Source: Octopus sinensis
Taxonomy: Eukaryota
Assembly: GCF_006345805.1 (NCBI RefSeq)
Contig: NW_021834630.1
Span: forward strand, 1 to 47,623
DNA: 47,623 nucleotides
Direction of reading: 5' to 3'
Positions 1 to 12,186 of this stretch are shown here, in pieces. Numbering within the stretch: the stretch's first letter is position 1; each line of letters opens with the position of its first letter. A program made the position numbers and the translations under genes. A model generated the notes under the pieces. The model worked only from the letters and a program-made list of their open reading frames with translations, did not search any database and was not told the origin of the DNA.

Positions 1-232
1 TGTGTGTGTGTGTTTGTTTCTGTGTTGTCCTCCCAACATCGCTTGACAACCGGTGCTGGTGTGTTTACGTCCCCGTAACTAAGCGGTTCGGCAAAAGTGA
101 GACCGATAGAATAAGTACTAGGCTTACAAAGTCCTGGGGTCGATTTGCTCGACTAAAGGCGGTGCTCCAGCATGGCCGCAGTCAAATGACTGAAACAAGT
201 AAAAGAGTAAAAAGAGTAAAGTGTACGTTTAG
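1..232 (+). mobile_element. SINE family A, 3' half
   Basis: Body CTTGACAACCGGTGCTGGTGTGTTTACGTCCCCGTAACT...GGCGGTGCTCCAGCATGGCCGCAGTCAAATGACTGAAACAAG with (TAAAAGAG)n tail; same as copies at 8586, 45167 and elsewhere. Confidence 0.85.
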
Positions 233-397
233 TTTGGTGGTTGTCGGAGGAGGAGGAGAAGCAAGAGGTGAAACCTGAGAGAAATAAGAAGTAAAACCAA
301 GATAGGAAGAATAAGAACTCAGAACATAAAAGGAATCTACTCCTTTTGATACAGTACTTAAAAATATATATTAAAAGGTGGGCGTGGCTCTAGGCGC

Positions 398-790
398 AGG
401 CGTAGCTCTAGGTGCAGGCGTGGCTACAGGGTATGAAGTTTGCTTCCCAACAATATGGTTCCGGGTTCAATCCCGCTATGTAGTATATCGTGCAAGTCTT
501 TTCTCCTATACCCTCAGGCCGACCAAACCCTTGTGAGTGGATATGATTGACGTAAACTGAAAGAATCCCGTCGTATATATGTATATGACAGTGTTTGTTT
601 GTGCATCACCACCGCTTGATAACCGGTGTTGGTTTGTTTACGACTCCGTAACTTAGCGGTTCGGCGAAAAGAACTGATAGAATAAGTACCTGGCTTTAAA
701 ATAAAATTAAATACTAGTGTAGGTTCGTTCGATTAAAATTCTTGAAGGTGGTGCCCCAGCATGGCTGCAGTCTAAAACCTGAAATCTTTC
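398..790 (+). mobile_element. SINE family A, diverged copy with triplicated 18-bp head
   Basis: GGCGTGGCTCTAGGCGCA-like unit x3 at ~398-430, then GGTTCCGGGTTCAATCCC B-box-like motif and family A body. Confidence 0.7.
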
Positions 791-1127
791 TACTTGTTTT
801 AGATATTAGACTGCAGCCGTCCAGGGACATCGCTTTGGAAGGTTTCATCGAACAAATGGACATTTGTACTTCTTTCTAAGTCGTGCATGTATTCTGCCGG
901 GTTCTTTTGCCATGTGTGTTGTGTTCTGACAATCGACAGTTTTTAAATTAGTAACCCCCTATTTTTTCTTCTTTGTAGTCCCTTACGCTATAGTTGCCCG
1001 AAGCGTTAAAAGATAGGGGATAGTATCTTGTTACATAATAGGTAACTACTTGGACTGGTACTGAATATTCAATGATCGGAGTTCATGAGACAGTTCACGC
1101 TTTTTTATTGAAGAATTTTTTTTTATG

Positions 1128-1356
1128 TCTTTACTACCCACAAGGGGCTAAACACAGAGGGGATAAACAAGGACAGACAAATCGATTAAGTCGATTATAT
1201 CGACCCCAGTGCGTAACTGGTACTTAATTTATCGACCCCGAAAGGATGAAAGGCAAAGTCGACCTCGGCGGAATTTGAACTCAGAACGTAACGGCAGACG
1301 AAATACCGCAAAGCATTTCGCCCGGCGTGCTAACGTTTCTGCCAGCTCGCCGCCTT
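1128..1356 (-). mobile_element. SINE family B monomer
   Basis: Reverse complement of AGGCGGCGAGCTGGCAGAAACGTTAGCACGCCGGGCGAAATG...GAGGTCGACTTTGCCTTTCATCCTTTCGGGGTCGATAAATTAAGTACCAG...; flanked by ATTGAAGAATT direct repeat. Confidence 0.85.
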
Positions 1357-1811
1357 AATTGAAGAATTGATGTCGTAATAATTTATATCTCTAGCAGACT
1401 GAAACGTGAAGGCGACGCAGAGTTAATTTGTTTATGAACAACTTTGTATTACAAAAAGTCAGATTGTTGTATCTTACATGAATTCATAAATTATTCAGTA
1501 TTTTTTGACAGCGTATGCAGGAAATCGTGAATAAAACGTGCCGTGTTTCTTCGTAATCTTTCTAGCAGACGTCTCTAAAGCATTTACCATAACAAGAAGA
1601 AAAACGAAAAAGAGAGAATGAGAGAAATGGAAAATAAAATCCTTATTAAACTGAGAAGAAATATATAGCAGGCTTGAAACGAATGTTTTGCTGATTTGGA
1701 CCAAAACATGTCCGTAACTTTTTTTTCTTTCTTTTTACCTGGAAGAATTGGTCTTGATGATTGAGCCTGATAATGCTCTTCATAGGCCCTCTTACATATG
1801 TGAAGATCGAT

Positions 1812-2790
1812 ACCTATTTCTTTACTACCCACAAGGGGCTAAACACAGAGAGGACAAACAAGGACAGACAAACGGATTAAGTCGCTTATATCGACCCCAG
1901 TGCGTAACTGGTACTTATTTAATCGACCCCGAAAGGATAACAAGCAAGTCGACCTCGGCGGTATTTGATCCAGAACAGTAGCGGCAGACGAAATGCCTGT
2001 TTCTTTACTTACCCACAAGGCTAACACAGAGAGACAAACAAGACAGATAGACGGATTAAGTCGATTACATCGACCCCAGTGCGTAACTGGTACTTATTTA
2101 ATCGACCCCGAAAGGATGAAAGGCAAGGTCGACCTCAGAACGTAGCGGCAGACGAAATACCTGTTTCTTTACTGCCCACAAGGGGCTAAACACAGAGAGG
2201 ACAAACAAGGACAGACAGACGGATTAAGTCGATTACATCGACCCCAGTGCGTAACTGGTACTTATTTAATCGACCCCGAAAGGATGAAAAGCAAAGTCAA
2301 CCTCGGCGGAATTTGAACTCAGAACGTAGCGACAGAGTACCAGTTACGCACTGTGGTCGATATAATCGACTTAATCCGTCTGTCTGTCCTTGTTTGTCTC
2401 CTCTGTGTTTCGCCCCTTGTAGGTAGTAAAGAAATAGATATTTCGTCTGCCGTTACGTTCTGAGTTCAAATTCCGCCGAGGTCGACTTTGCCATTCATCC
2501 TTTCGGGGTTGATAAATTAAGTACCAGTTACGCACTGAGGTCGATATAATCGACTTAATCCGTCTGTATGTCCTTGTTTGTCTCCTCTGTGTTTCGCCCC
2601 TTGTAGGTAGTAAAGAAATAGGTATTTCGTCTGCCGTTGCGTTCTGAGTTCAAATTCCGCCGAGGTCGACTTTGCCTTTCATCTATTCGGGATTGATAAA
2701 TTAAGTACCAGTTTAGTACTGGGGTCGATGCAATCGACTATCACCCTCCCCCAAATTTCAGGCCTTGTACCTATGTTAGAAAAGATGGTT
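1812..2790. mobile_element. Head-to-head SINE B multimers: three units on - (1812-2335), about three on + (2336-2790)
   Basis: Repeated family B units; orientation flips at ~2335; + units join at GAAATA|G(G/A)TATTTCG (2437, 2621). Confidence 0.85.
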
Positions 2791-2791
2791 A

Positions 2792-2824
<33 letters not shown>

Positions 2825-3009
2825 CAGCATTACATGCAGTAGTGTTAGTAGCAGTAGTAGTAGTGACGTTATCAGCAACAGCGGCAACTCAGCGACAGCG
2901 TGAGTTGATATCTGATCGATAATCCGTGATGTAACCGCCTCCACAACGGCTGTTCAGCGATATCATGTTTGAATGGGATTAGGATCATCTGTTGCCCTAC
3001 ATTCTCTCT

Positions 3010-3198
3010 TTGTTACATACACACACACATACATACATACTACATACATACATACATACATACATACATACATACATACATACTATACACATGCATGAAT
3101 CTATGAATACATTTATGCTGTTTGTATATGCGTTTGCGTGAGTGTATATATATATATGTATATACACACATGCATATATATAAATATATATATACACA

Positions 3199-3247
<49 letters not shown>

Positions 3248-3268
3248 GTATATGTGTGTGTGTGTGTG
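3010..3268. repeat. Compound (CATA)n/(TA)n/(CA)n/(TG)n microsatellite
   Basis: Directly visible. Confidence 0.9.
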
Positions 3269-4314
3269 CCAGTGAAGGCGCTATGGCCCAGTGGTTATGG
3301 CAGCGGACTCGCGGTCGGAGGATCGCGGTTTCGATTCCCAGACCGGGCGTTGTGCGTGTTTATTGAGCGAAAACACCTAAAGCTCCACGATGCTCCGGCA
3401 GGGAGTCGTGGCGATCCCTGTTGTACTCTTTCGTCTCAACTTTCCCTCACTCTCTCTTCATGGTTCTTGAGTAACGCTGCGATGGACTGGCGTCCTGTCC
3501 AGTTTTTTTGGGGGGGGGGGCATACGCCACAGAAACCGGGAAACCGGGCCCATGAGCCTGGCTAGGCTTGAAAAGGGCGCATAAATAAATAAAAATATAT
3601 ATATATATGCCTGCACGCATATATGAATATGCTTGTATGTATACATATATGCGTGAGAATATGTTTGTATGTATACATATATGCGTGCAGGTATGTATAT
3701 ATATATATATATAATATATATATATATATTGGTTTCTCGTTTCAATAACTTACAGTGTCAGATAAGGAATGTTATGGTAGCTATTGCATACACACAGGTC
3801 CCAAGTTCAAATCCCTCCTAGATACATGCAGCTTCCACGCTTCTGAGATTGTTGAAATAGTTCGCAGCGTTGCTGTAAGTAAAGCAGTACACATACATAC
3901 TACTCTACCTGTCTATATATGCATGCATGTATGTATGTATGCATGTATGTATGCATGTATTTATATATGTATTATGCATGCATGTATATTTATGTATGCA
4001 TATATGTTTGCATGTGTAATAATAAATGCCTTGATGCAGTACCAGGCAATGGCTCTCATGGCTTCTGATTTTAACTGATTGGAAGTGTTATACTCTTTAC
4101 TCTTTTACTCTTTTACTTGTTTCAGTCATTTGACTGCGGCCATGCTGGAGCACCACCTTTAGTCGAGCAAATCGACCCCGGGACTTATTCTTTGTATGCC
4201 CAGTACTTATTCTATCGGTCTCTTTTGCCGAACCGCTAAGTGACGGGGACGTAAACACACCAGCATCGATTGTCAAGCAATGCTAGGGGGACAAACACAG
4301 ACACACAAACACAC

Positions 4315-4358
<44 letters not shown>

Positions 4359-4781
4359 CAGTGAAGGCGCTATGGCCCAGTGGTTAGGGCAGCGGACTCG
4401 CGGTCGGAGGATCGCGGTTTCGATTCCCAGACCGGGCGTTGTGCGTGTTTATTGAGCGAAAACACCTAAAGCTCCACGATGCTCTGGCAGGGGGTGCCGG
4501 CGACCCCTGTTGTACTCTTTCGTCTCAACTTTCCCTCACTCTCTCTTCATGGTTCTTGAGTAACGCTGCGATGGACTGGCGTCCTGTCCAGTTTGGTGGG
4601 GGGGGGGGGACATACGCCACAGAAACCGGGAAACCGGGCCCATGAGCCTGGCTAGGCTTGAAAAGGGCGCATAAATAAATAAAAATATATATATATATGC
4701 CTGCACGCATATATGAATATGCTTGTATGTATACATATATGCGTGAGAATATGTTTGTATGTATACATATATGCGTGCAGG

Positions 4782-4816
<35 letters not shown>

Positions 4817-5397
4817 TTTCTCGTTTCAATACTTACAGTGTCAGATAAGAATGTTATGGTAGCTATTGCATACACACAGGTCCCAAGTTCAAATCCCTCC
4901 TAGATACATGCAGCTTCCACGCTTCTGAGATTGTTGAAATAGTTCGCAGCGTTGCTGTAAGTAAAGCATACACATACATACTACTCTACCTGTCTATATA
5001 TGCATGCATGTATGTATGTATGCATGTATGTATGCATGTATTTATATATGTATTATGCATGCATGTATATTTATGTATGCATATATGTTTGCATGTGTAA
5101 TAATAAATGCCTTGATGCAGTACCAGGCAATGGCTCTCATGGCTTCTGATTTTAACTGATTGGAAGTGTTATACTCTTTACTCTTTTACTCTTTTACTTG
5201 TTTCAGTCATTTGACTGCGGCCATGCTGGAGCACCACCTTTAGTCGAGCAAATCGACCCCGGGACTTATTCTTTGTATGCCCAGTACTTATTCTATCGGT
5301 CTCTTTTGCCGAACCGCTAAGTGACGGGGACGTAAACACACCAGCATCGATTGTCAAGCAATGCTAGGGGGACAAACACAGACACACAAACACACAT
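3269..5397. repeat. ~1.09-kb tandem duplication (about 3269-4320 and 4358-5397)
   Basis: CCAGTGAAGGCGCTATGGCCCAGTGG recurs with period 1089; each unit holds a SINE C copy, unique spacer and SINE A tail. Confidence 0.9.
3275..3590 (+). mobile_element. SINE family C (tRNA-like head, middle 1, tail X); duplicate at ~4364-4680
   Basis: GGCGCTATGGCCCAGTGGTTA...GGTTTCGATTCCC A/B-box-like head; GTGTTTATTGAGCGAAAACACCTAAAGCTCCACG middle; AACGCTGCGATGGACTGGCGTCC...GAAACCGGGAAACCGGGCCCATGAG tail. Confidence 0.8.
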
Positions 5398-5580
5398 ATA
5401 TATATATACATATATACGACAGGCTTCTTTCAGTTTCCGTCTACCAAATCCACTCACAAGGCATTGGTCGGCCCGGGGCTATAGCAGAAGACACTTGCCC
5501 AAGATGCCACGCAGTGGGACTGAACCCGGAACCATGTGGTTGGTTAGCAAACTACTTACCACACAGCCACTCCTGCGCCT
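5170..5580 (-). mobile_element. SINE family A, full length
   Basis: Reverse complement of GGAGTGGCTGTGTGGTAAGTAG...GGTTCCGGGTTCAGTCCCACTGCGTGGCATCTTGGGCAAGTGTCTTC (tRNA-like head plus CORE-like CTTGGGCAAGT) through (TAAAAGAG)n tail. Confidence 0.9.
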
Positions 5581-5749
5581 ATCACGAAGTGTTATCACGT
5601 ACATTGTTTTGTCTTGGTATAAAAGATGGGCCAATTCTGCTCAATACCACAGATTTACTACGGACTGCTCGAACCTTATAAATTTCCTACACTCAGATCC
5701 TTTGAGTTTGTAATTACATATATTTGCATATAGGTACGTATTCATGAAC

Positions 5750-6111
5750 TACGTTAAAAGATTGCTGTTGATTAAGCGCAGCACACCTTGATCGAGGGCG
5801 ATCGATCAAAGGTGCTCCAGCCACGACCATACGGTCTTACTTTTGGAAGTCTGTAGAGCTGAGGGTGTAATTTGAAGAAGACTTAGCAGCTATTTCTAGA
5901 AGGCTAAGTGACCAACGACAGGATTCCTCATACGTTAAAAGATTGCTGTTGATTAAGCGCAGCACACCTTGATCGAGGGCGATCGATCAAAGGTGCTCCA
6001 GCCACGACCATACGGTCTTACTTTTGGAAGTCTGTAGAGCTGAGGGTGTAATTTGAAGACGACTTAGCAGCTATTTCTAGAAGGCTAAGTGACCAACGAC
6101 AGGATCCCTCA
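5750..6111. repeat. 181-bp tandem duplication (5750-5930, 5931-6111)
   Basis: TACGTTAAAAGATTGCTG...GGATYCCTCA repeated with two substitutions seen. Confidence 0.9.
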
Positions 6112-6450
6112 TTGCTTCGTCGCAAGAAATAGGTGTTTGAACTTTGACGATTCTTATCCCATCGTCTCTTTTCTATCTCCTCCGCCCACTTCCTTTCTCT
6201 TATTCAGTTCCTTTCTCCCACTTCCTTTGTCTTTCTAGCCACCCACTCTCGTCTTCCCTTTTATCTGCCAGCCTCGTTTTCAATTTCGATCGCTCCACCC
6301 CTGCCCGTTCCCCTATTTTCACATTGTCATTAAGAAAACTTATGAATTCACAGCTGTTGCCGGTTCTCACTCTCTCAGTCACAATTAAGCACACACACAC
6401 ACGCACGCACACACGCACGCACACACGCACGCACACACATACACACACAT

Positions 6451-6482
<32 letters not shown>

Positions 6483-7126
6483 GCACGCACGCACAGACAC
6501 ACACACACACACGCACGCACACACACTGAGAGGCATACATGTGCATACATTCACTTAAAAGAAAAAACTGACGTGTACATATGAACCCGTACTGTCAGAC
6601 ATACAAATAGACAGACACACACACACTCACACACACACACACTCATATATACGAACGTACACGCATGACACCCACACTCACTCACACTCACACACACTCA
6701 TACATACTCCCATACGTATGTATATAGAGAAATGCACACAAGTATACGTACTTAGTTATGCTAAACCACCACCACCACCACCACCACCACCACTACTACT
6801 GCTACTACTACTACTACTACTACTCTACTACTACTGCTGCTGCTGCTGCTACAAGTATGCTTAACTATTACATATACACGTATGTCTAACAAGGCCGTTG
6901 TAATGAGTTTGAAGACATAATCAGATAACAATAACCGGATGGTAACATGTATGGAGAAGATATAACATTATAATAAGCGGCCTTGGGTTTCACTAATTTT
7001 GATAACATTAACCGTTTGATGACATTGTCTGTCGTAATAACCTGAAGATTATTGTTTGATTTTTTTCTATTCTTTTATTCTTTTACTTGTTTCAGGTATC
7101 AGATTGCGGCCATACTGGGGTACAGC

Positions 7127-7310
7127 CACTAGCGTAGCTAGAGTGTGTGCCGCCTAGGGCGGCCCTTCCGTTTGCTGTCCCTGGACCCCACAAAAAATAC
7201 AGCACACCCAAAAGTCGTGCCCCTTTAAAAGTGCCGCCCGGGTCGGACCGACCCTGCCTCCACCCACACCCAGCTATGCTCTTCCGCCACCCACCCCAAC
7301 TATGCTAGTG
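7127..7310. mobile_element. hAT-like MITE (184 bp) inside a SINE remnant
   Basis: TIRs CACTAGCGTAGCT / AACTATGCTAGTG (11/13); 8-bp flanks GGTACAGC and GTCACAGC, each one change from GGCACAGC; 8-bp TSD is typical of hAT. Confidence 0.6.
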
Positions 7311-7438
7311 GTCACAGCCTTGAAGAATTTTAGTCAAACGAATCGACGCCAGTATTAATGCGTGTGTTGCCACAATATCCATGCATATACACATTCACAA
7401 ACACACACATACATGTACGCATGTATGTATGTATGTAA

Positions 7439-7885
7439 CCGTAAATCCTCGAGTATAATCCGCCTTTTTTCCCCAAAATTTAAAGGTCAAAATCCCTAGT
7501 GCGTACTATATACGAGGTTAAAAATGAAAATTATTTTCTAAGCAATGTCCGAGTCTCTATTTGCTGTCCGGCAATGTTTATTCAGACGCATTTTGTTATG
7601 TTGGGCGCGAAAATACCTTAAGCTAAGCCTGAAAGCAATGAAGTCAAAAAAGAATCATCTATTACTTGCTGTAAGCTACATTTATTAAATGTTATTACTG
7701 TTATTTCTTTATTTTCTGCAAACAAAATGCACAAAAAAGCTACACGTTTGCATTATGTTATATATACAATAACAATAGAGGATGTTACCGTATTCAGTTT
7801 TACAAACCAAGGACGTTATATAGACTTCCTTGAGAAGTTAGAGAAGTTAGAGAAAGGGTGCATATTATACACAAGGTTTAGGTTT
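7439..7885. mobile_element. Probable pogo/Tigger-type non-autonomous DNA transposon remnant
   Basis: Starts CCGTAAATCCTCGAGTATAATCCGC, a pogo-like terminus (recalled); partial inverse match GGGTGCATATTATACACAAGG near 7856-7878; right end not clean. Confidence 0.35.
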
Positions 7886-8002
7886 TTCAGAGGTACAGCG
7901 TAGGTATTCTCTTTATCGCTGATCGTCAACTTTATGTTAACATCCACTGGGCAGCTGATTTCTGCAACTGTATACAGCTTCTCTTCTCTCTATATATATG
8001 TA

Positions 8003-8389
8003 CTAGCAGTATCGCCCGGCGTTGCTCGGGTTTGTAAGGGAAATAACTATAAAGCAATTTTAGAGAGTTATAGCCAAAAAATAGCAAAAAAATGGGGGAA
8101 AAATTATTTTAAATTTTTTTGAGAGTTAAAAAGGTTGAGTTGCGTCCCCTAGACAGTCTGTGGTTTGTGTTTCTGATTCTCGACCCCATGTCGAATTTAT
8201 CGATTTTTTTCAGAACTGGGGAAACTTTTCAAAATTTTCGCTGCGTTAGTTTTGAATTATGACATTGGGCTATGTATGTGTCAAGTTTCATCAGAATCGG
8301 TTGAAAGCCGTGGTCAGGGTGAGGGTACACTAAACAGAACAGACACACAGACACACAGACAGACAAACTGCCGTTTATATAGAGAGAGA
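8003..8389 (-). mobile_element. Non-autonomous Helitron (387 bp)
   Basis: On - strand: A|TC 5' end at 8389, (GTCT/GTGT) microsatellite near 5' end, subterminal hairpin CCCGAGCAACGCCGGG, CTAG|T 3' end at 8003; no TSD, A-T insertion site. Confidence 0.75.
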
Positions 8390-8585
8390 TTTAAATGATA
8401 AGCTTCCGGAAGGTTTTACGGATTTTTAGTTGCAGTGATGGGATGGATCAGCAGACTTCAAATTAGTTTTTTTCCTTTCTGGTTTTGAGAAGCCTAATGT
8501 ATACGCACGCGCGCACACACAAACACACACACACACACAACACACACACACACACACACACATACATAAAATATATACACACACG

Positions 8586-8745
8586 CAGGAGTGGCTGTGT
8601 GGTAAGTAGCTTGCTAACCAACCACATGGTTCTGGATTCAGTTCCACTGCGTGGCATCTGGGCAAGTGTCTTCTGCTATAGCCCCCGGCCTTCCTTGTGG
8701 CGATTTGTGTAGACCGAAACTGAAAGAAGCCGTCGTATATATTTG

Positions 8746-8778
<33 letters not shown>

Positions 8779-9003
8779 GTGTTTGTGTGTCTGTGTTTGT
8801 CCCCCTAGCATTACTTGACAACCGATGCTGGTGTGTTTACGTCCCCGTCACTTAGCGGTTCGGCAAAAAGAGACCGATAGAATAAGTACTGGGCTTACAA
8901 AGAATAAGTCCCGGGGTCGATTTGCTCGACTAAAAGGCGGTGCTCCAGCATGGCCGCAGTCAAATGACTGAAACAAGTAAAAGAGTAAAAGAGAAAAGAG
9001 TAA
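8586..9003 (+). mobile_element. SINE family A, near full length
   Basis: Head CAGGAGTGGCTGTGTGGTAAG, internal (TA)/(TG) tract, TAAAAGAG tail. Confidence 0.9.
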
Positions 9004-9131
9004 AATGCTAGCCTTGAGCTTAAGGTCAGCAACAAAACAGGTGGCAATGAGTGTGGGAATGAGAATTCTGTGAATATACCGACGTTGTCATAGATTGTTG
9101 TATAGTAAAGGGAGACGACTGATATACTCAC

Positions 9132-9241
9132 ATATGCCAACAGTTTTGTATGTATGCATGTAGTCTCTTCTGTGTTTGAATCTTCCACTGAGGGGGCACT
9201 GGTTTCCAACAAAGGTACAAGGCTCTGTCTTTGGGATGTAG
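9132..9241 (-). other. Candidate exon (110 nt), host gene unknown
   Basis: Acceptor TTGGTCTGTGTTAG, donor TAT|GTGAGT; all three frames open (e.g. TSQRQSLVPLLETSAPSVEDSNTEETTCIHTKLLAY); no recognised homology. Confidence 0.3.
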
Positions 9242-9459
9242 CTAACACAGACCAAATTCACATTTGGAGTTTCAGAGAAGTCTTACATATTTTTACTGTT
9301 CCACTCACAGATTGCTCTTGTAACGTACGAATTATGTATGTATGTATGTATGTATGTATGTATGTATGTATGTATGTATGTATCTAACTATCTATCTCTC
9401 AACATGCATATACAGACATGCAATCATACATGCATACATGCATATATATATAAATATAA

Positions 9460-9494
<35 letters not shown>

Positions 9495-9496
<2 letters not shown>

Positions 9497-9860
9497 AGTG
9501 GCTGTGTGGTAAGTAGCTTGCTTACGAACCATAGGGTTCCGGTTTCAGTCCCACTGAGTGACACCTTGGTCAAGTGTCTTCTACTACAGCCTCGGGCCGA
9601 CCAAAGCCTTACGACTGGATTAGGTAGACGGAAACTGAAAGAAGCCCGTCGTATATATGTATATGTGTGCGTGTGTGTGTCTGTGTTTGTCCCCCCACCT
9701 AACATCACTTGACAGCCGATGCTGGTGTGTTTACGTCCCCGTAACTTAGCAGTTCGGCAAAAGAGACCGATAGAATAAGTACTAGGCTTACAAAGAATAA
9801 GTCCTGGGGTCGATTTGCTCAACTAAAGGTACTCCAGCATGGCCACAGTCAAATGGAACA
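9495..9860 (+). mobile_element. SINE family A
   Basis: Same head and body as the 8586 copy. Confidence 0.85.
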
Positions 9861-10389
9861 TTAAAACGGCTTGTGTCAAATAAATCAGCTTCAGTCAGTG
9901 ACGCCAAACAAGTAACGCCAAACAAGTAACGCCAAAACGGCTGTGCCAAGATGTCTCATGCTCACTCCAACTATAACCATTTGTGCGTTTTTAAGAACGG
10001 GGTATCTAAGATTGTACTTTCATTTTAGTATAGCAGCGTGTAATAATAACTGAAGAAACATTTGGCTGCTGTTTCTACCTCGCCAAATAACCACGTGATG
10101 TATTTCTTTTTTGAATCATCATTATTACTAATGATATTGTTCTTCTTATTTCTTTAACAGCAAGAGAACCATGACCGATCGGATCTTTGATCGAAATGCT
10201 TCTAGCTGTGTCCATCCCATCTATTTCATTAAGTACAGAAAACCCGGAGCCGCATTACGACGACGAATTAGTGATTAGCTGGTGATTCACTACTATTTTT
10301 AGCAGATCGAGAGACCATGTAGTGGCTACTTCATGTCCACAGTGTCGTATTTGTTGTTATTGGAAATATTGTTTTCAAATTTTGTTATA

Positions 10390-10778
10390 AGGCTAGCAAT
10401 TTCAGTAGGGTAAGTTGATTACATCGACCTCAGTATTCAACTGGTACTTATTCTATCGAACTCAAAAGAATGTAAAGTGGACCTCGGTGGAACTTGAACT
10501 CAGAATGTAAAGACGAATTAAACGCCGCTATATATTTGGTCCGGTGTGCCATTGATTCTACCGGCTCGCTGCCTTAGTCTTGTACTAATGTTATTCTTTA
10601 CTATAGGCACAAGGCCAGCAATTTAGAGGAAGTGGTTAAGTCGATTACATCGACTCCAGTACTCAACTGGTACTCATTAAGGTTGAAAGGCAAAGTTGAC
10701 CTCAGCGGAATTTGAACTCAGAAAGTAAAGACGGACGAAATGCCGCTAAGCATTTTGCCCGGCGTGCTAACGAGTCTT
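10390..10778 (-). mobile_element. Two diverged SINE B-related copies
   Basis: GACCTCGGTGGAACTTGAACTCAGAATG and GACCTCAGCGGAATTTGAACTCAGAAAG motifs. Confidence 0.65.
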
Positions 10779-10779
10779 A

Positions 10780-11245
10780 TTTCTTTATTGCCCACAAGGG
10801 GCTAAACATAGAGGGGACAAACAAGGACAAAGGTATTAAGTCGATTATATCGACCCCAGTGCGGCGAGCTGGCAGAAACGTTAGCACGCCGGGCGAAATC
10901 CTCAGCGGTATTTCGTCTGTCGTTACTTTCTGAGTTCAAATTCCGCCGAGGTCGACTTTGCCTTTCATCCTTTCGGGGTCGATAAATTAAGTACCAGTTA
11001 CGCACTGGGGTCGATGTAATCGATTTAATCCCTTTGTCTGTCCTTGTTTGTCCCCTCTATGTTTGGCCCCTTGTGGGTAGTAAAGAAATATATATCGACC
11101 CCAGTGCGTAACTGGTACTTATTTAATCGACCCCGAAAGGATGAAAGGCAAAGTCGACCTCGGCGGAATTTGAACTCGGAACGTAGCGGTAGACGAAATA
11201 CCGCTAAGCATTTCGCGTGCTAACGATTCTGCCAGGTCACCGCCT
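10780..11245. mobile_element. SINE B (+, 10864-11090) inserted antisense into SINE B (-) with 18-bp TSD
   Basis: TATATCGACCCCAGTGCG at 10846-10863 and 11091-11108; the outer halves rejoin into one - strand copy. Confidence 0.85.
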
Positions 11246-11454
11246 TTGTTATCGGAAACATTGAAGTTGCTGTTTAGTCTCCGCAGTCAACCCTGTTCAC
11301 AGGCGTTCTAGCCGAGGCCGTCGCGTCTTTCATCTTTTATTCGTTTTAGTAAATTGGACTGCAGCCAGTGCTGGGGCATCAACTTGAAGAGTTTATTCAA
11401 AAACTTAAATCGAGCCCAGTACTTATGCCTATTTTGAGTCCAGTGCTTATCCTA

Positions 11455-11832
11455 TCGGTCCAACCAAAGCCTTGTGAGTGGATTTGGTAGACGGAAACTG
11501 AAAGAAGCCAACATCGCTTGACAACCGATGCTGGTGTGTTTACGTCCCCGTAACGTAGCGGTTCAGCATTAAGAGACCGATAGAAAAAGCACTATGCTTA
11601 CAAAGAATAAGTCCTGGGGTCGATTTGCTCGACTGAAGGCGGTGCTCCAGCATGGCCACAAGTCAAATGCTTCTAGCCGTGACCATCCCATCTATTTCAT
11701 TATGTACAGAAAACCCGGAGCCGCATTACGACGACGAATTAGTGATTAGCTGGTGATTTCACTACTATTTTTAGCAGATCGAGAGTCGTAAAAGAGACCG
11801 AAATGACTGAAACAAGTAAAAGAGTAAAAGAG
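11455..11832 (+). mobile_element. Partial SINE A containing a 120-bp copy of 10194-10313
   Basis: SINE tail GTCAAATG...ACTGAAACAAG is split by 11665-11785. Confidence 0.75.
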
Positions 11833-11910
11833 ACATGGTAGGAAATCAAATTTCCACCATGTCTAATGTTTTTTTTTTTATTTGTTTATGGTGATAGGAG
11901 CAAAAGAAAG

Positions 11911-12186
11911 GGATCTTTTCGGTTTGAACGGCAGTTTGTAACATAATTTCTAGGTAACTAAAAAATTTTAAACTTCGTATACTGGTAGAAACAGATTGGG
12001 TTTATTTACATTTGTGAAGAAAAAAAGATACCCTTCCCTCCACCCCTAGCCCTAACCCTAACTAACTCTATCTAACCCTAACCCTAAAACATTGAAATGC
12101 AATAGATCGATAATAGGGTTATAATTATGAGTGACAATTTCATATGACACCACTAGAAAAAATTGCCGTTCAAACCGAAAAGATCC
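11911..12186 (+). mobile_element. GGATC-TIR MITE, internally deleted copy
   Basis: TIRs GGATCTTTTCGGTTTGAACGGCA / TGCCGTTCAAACCGAAAAGATCC; perfect 8-bp TSD AAAGAAAG; internal CCCTAA repeats. Confidence 0.9.

Noticed and set aside
1495-1832. Hydrophobic ORFs suggesting a membrane protein
   Set aside because: Hydrophobicity comes from T-rich composition; no motifs or clean splice boundaries.
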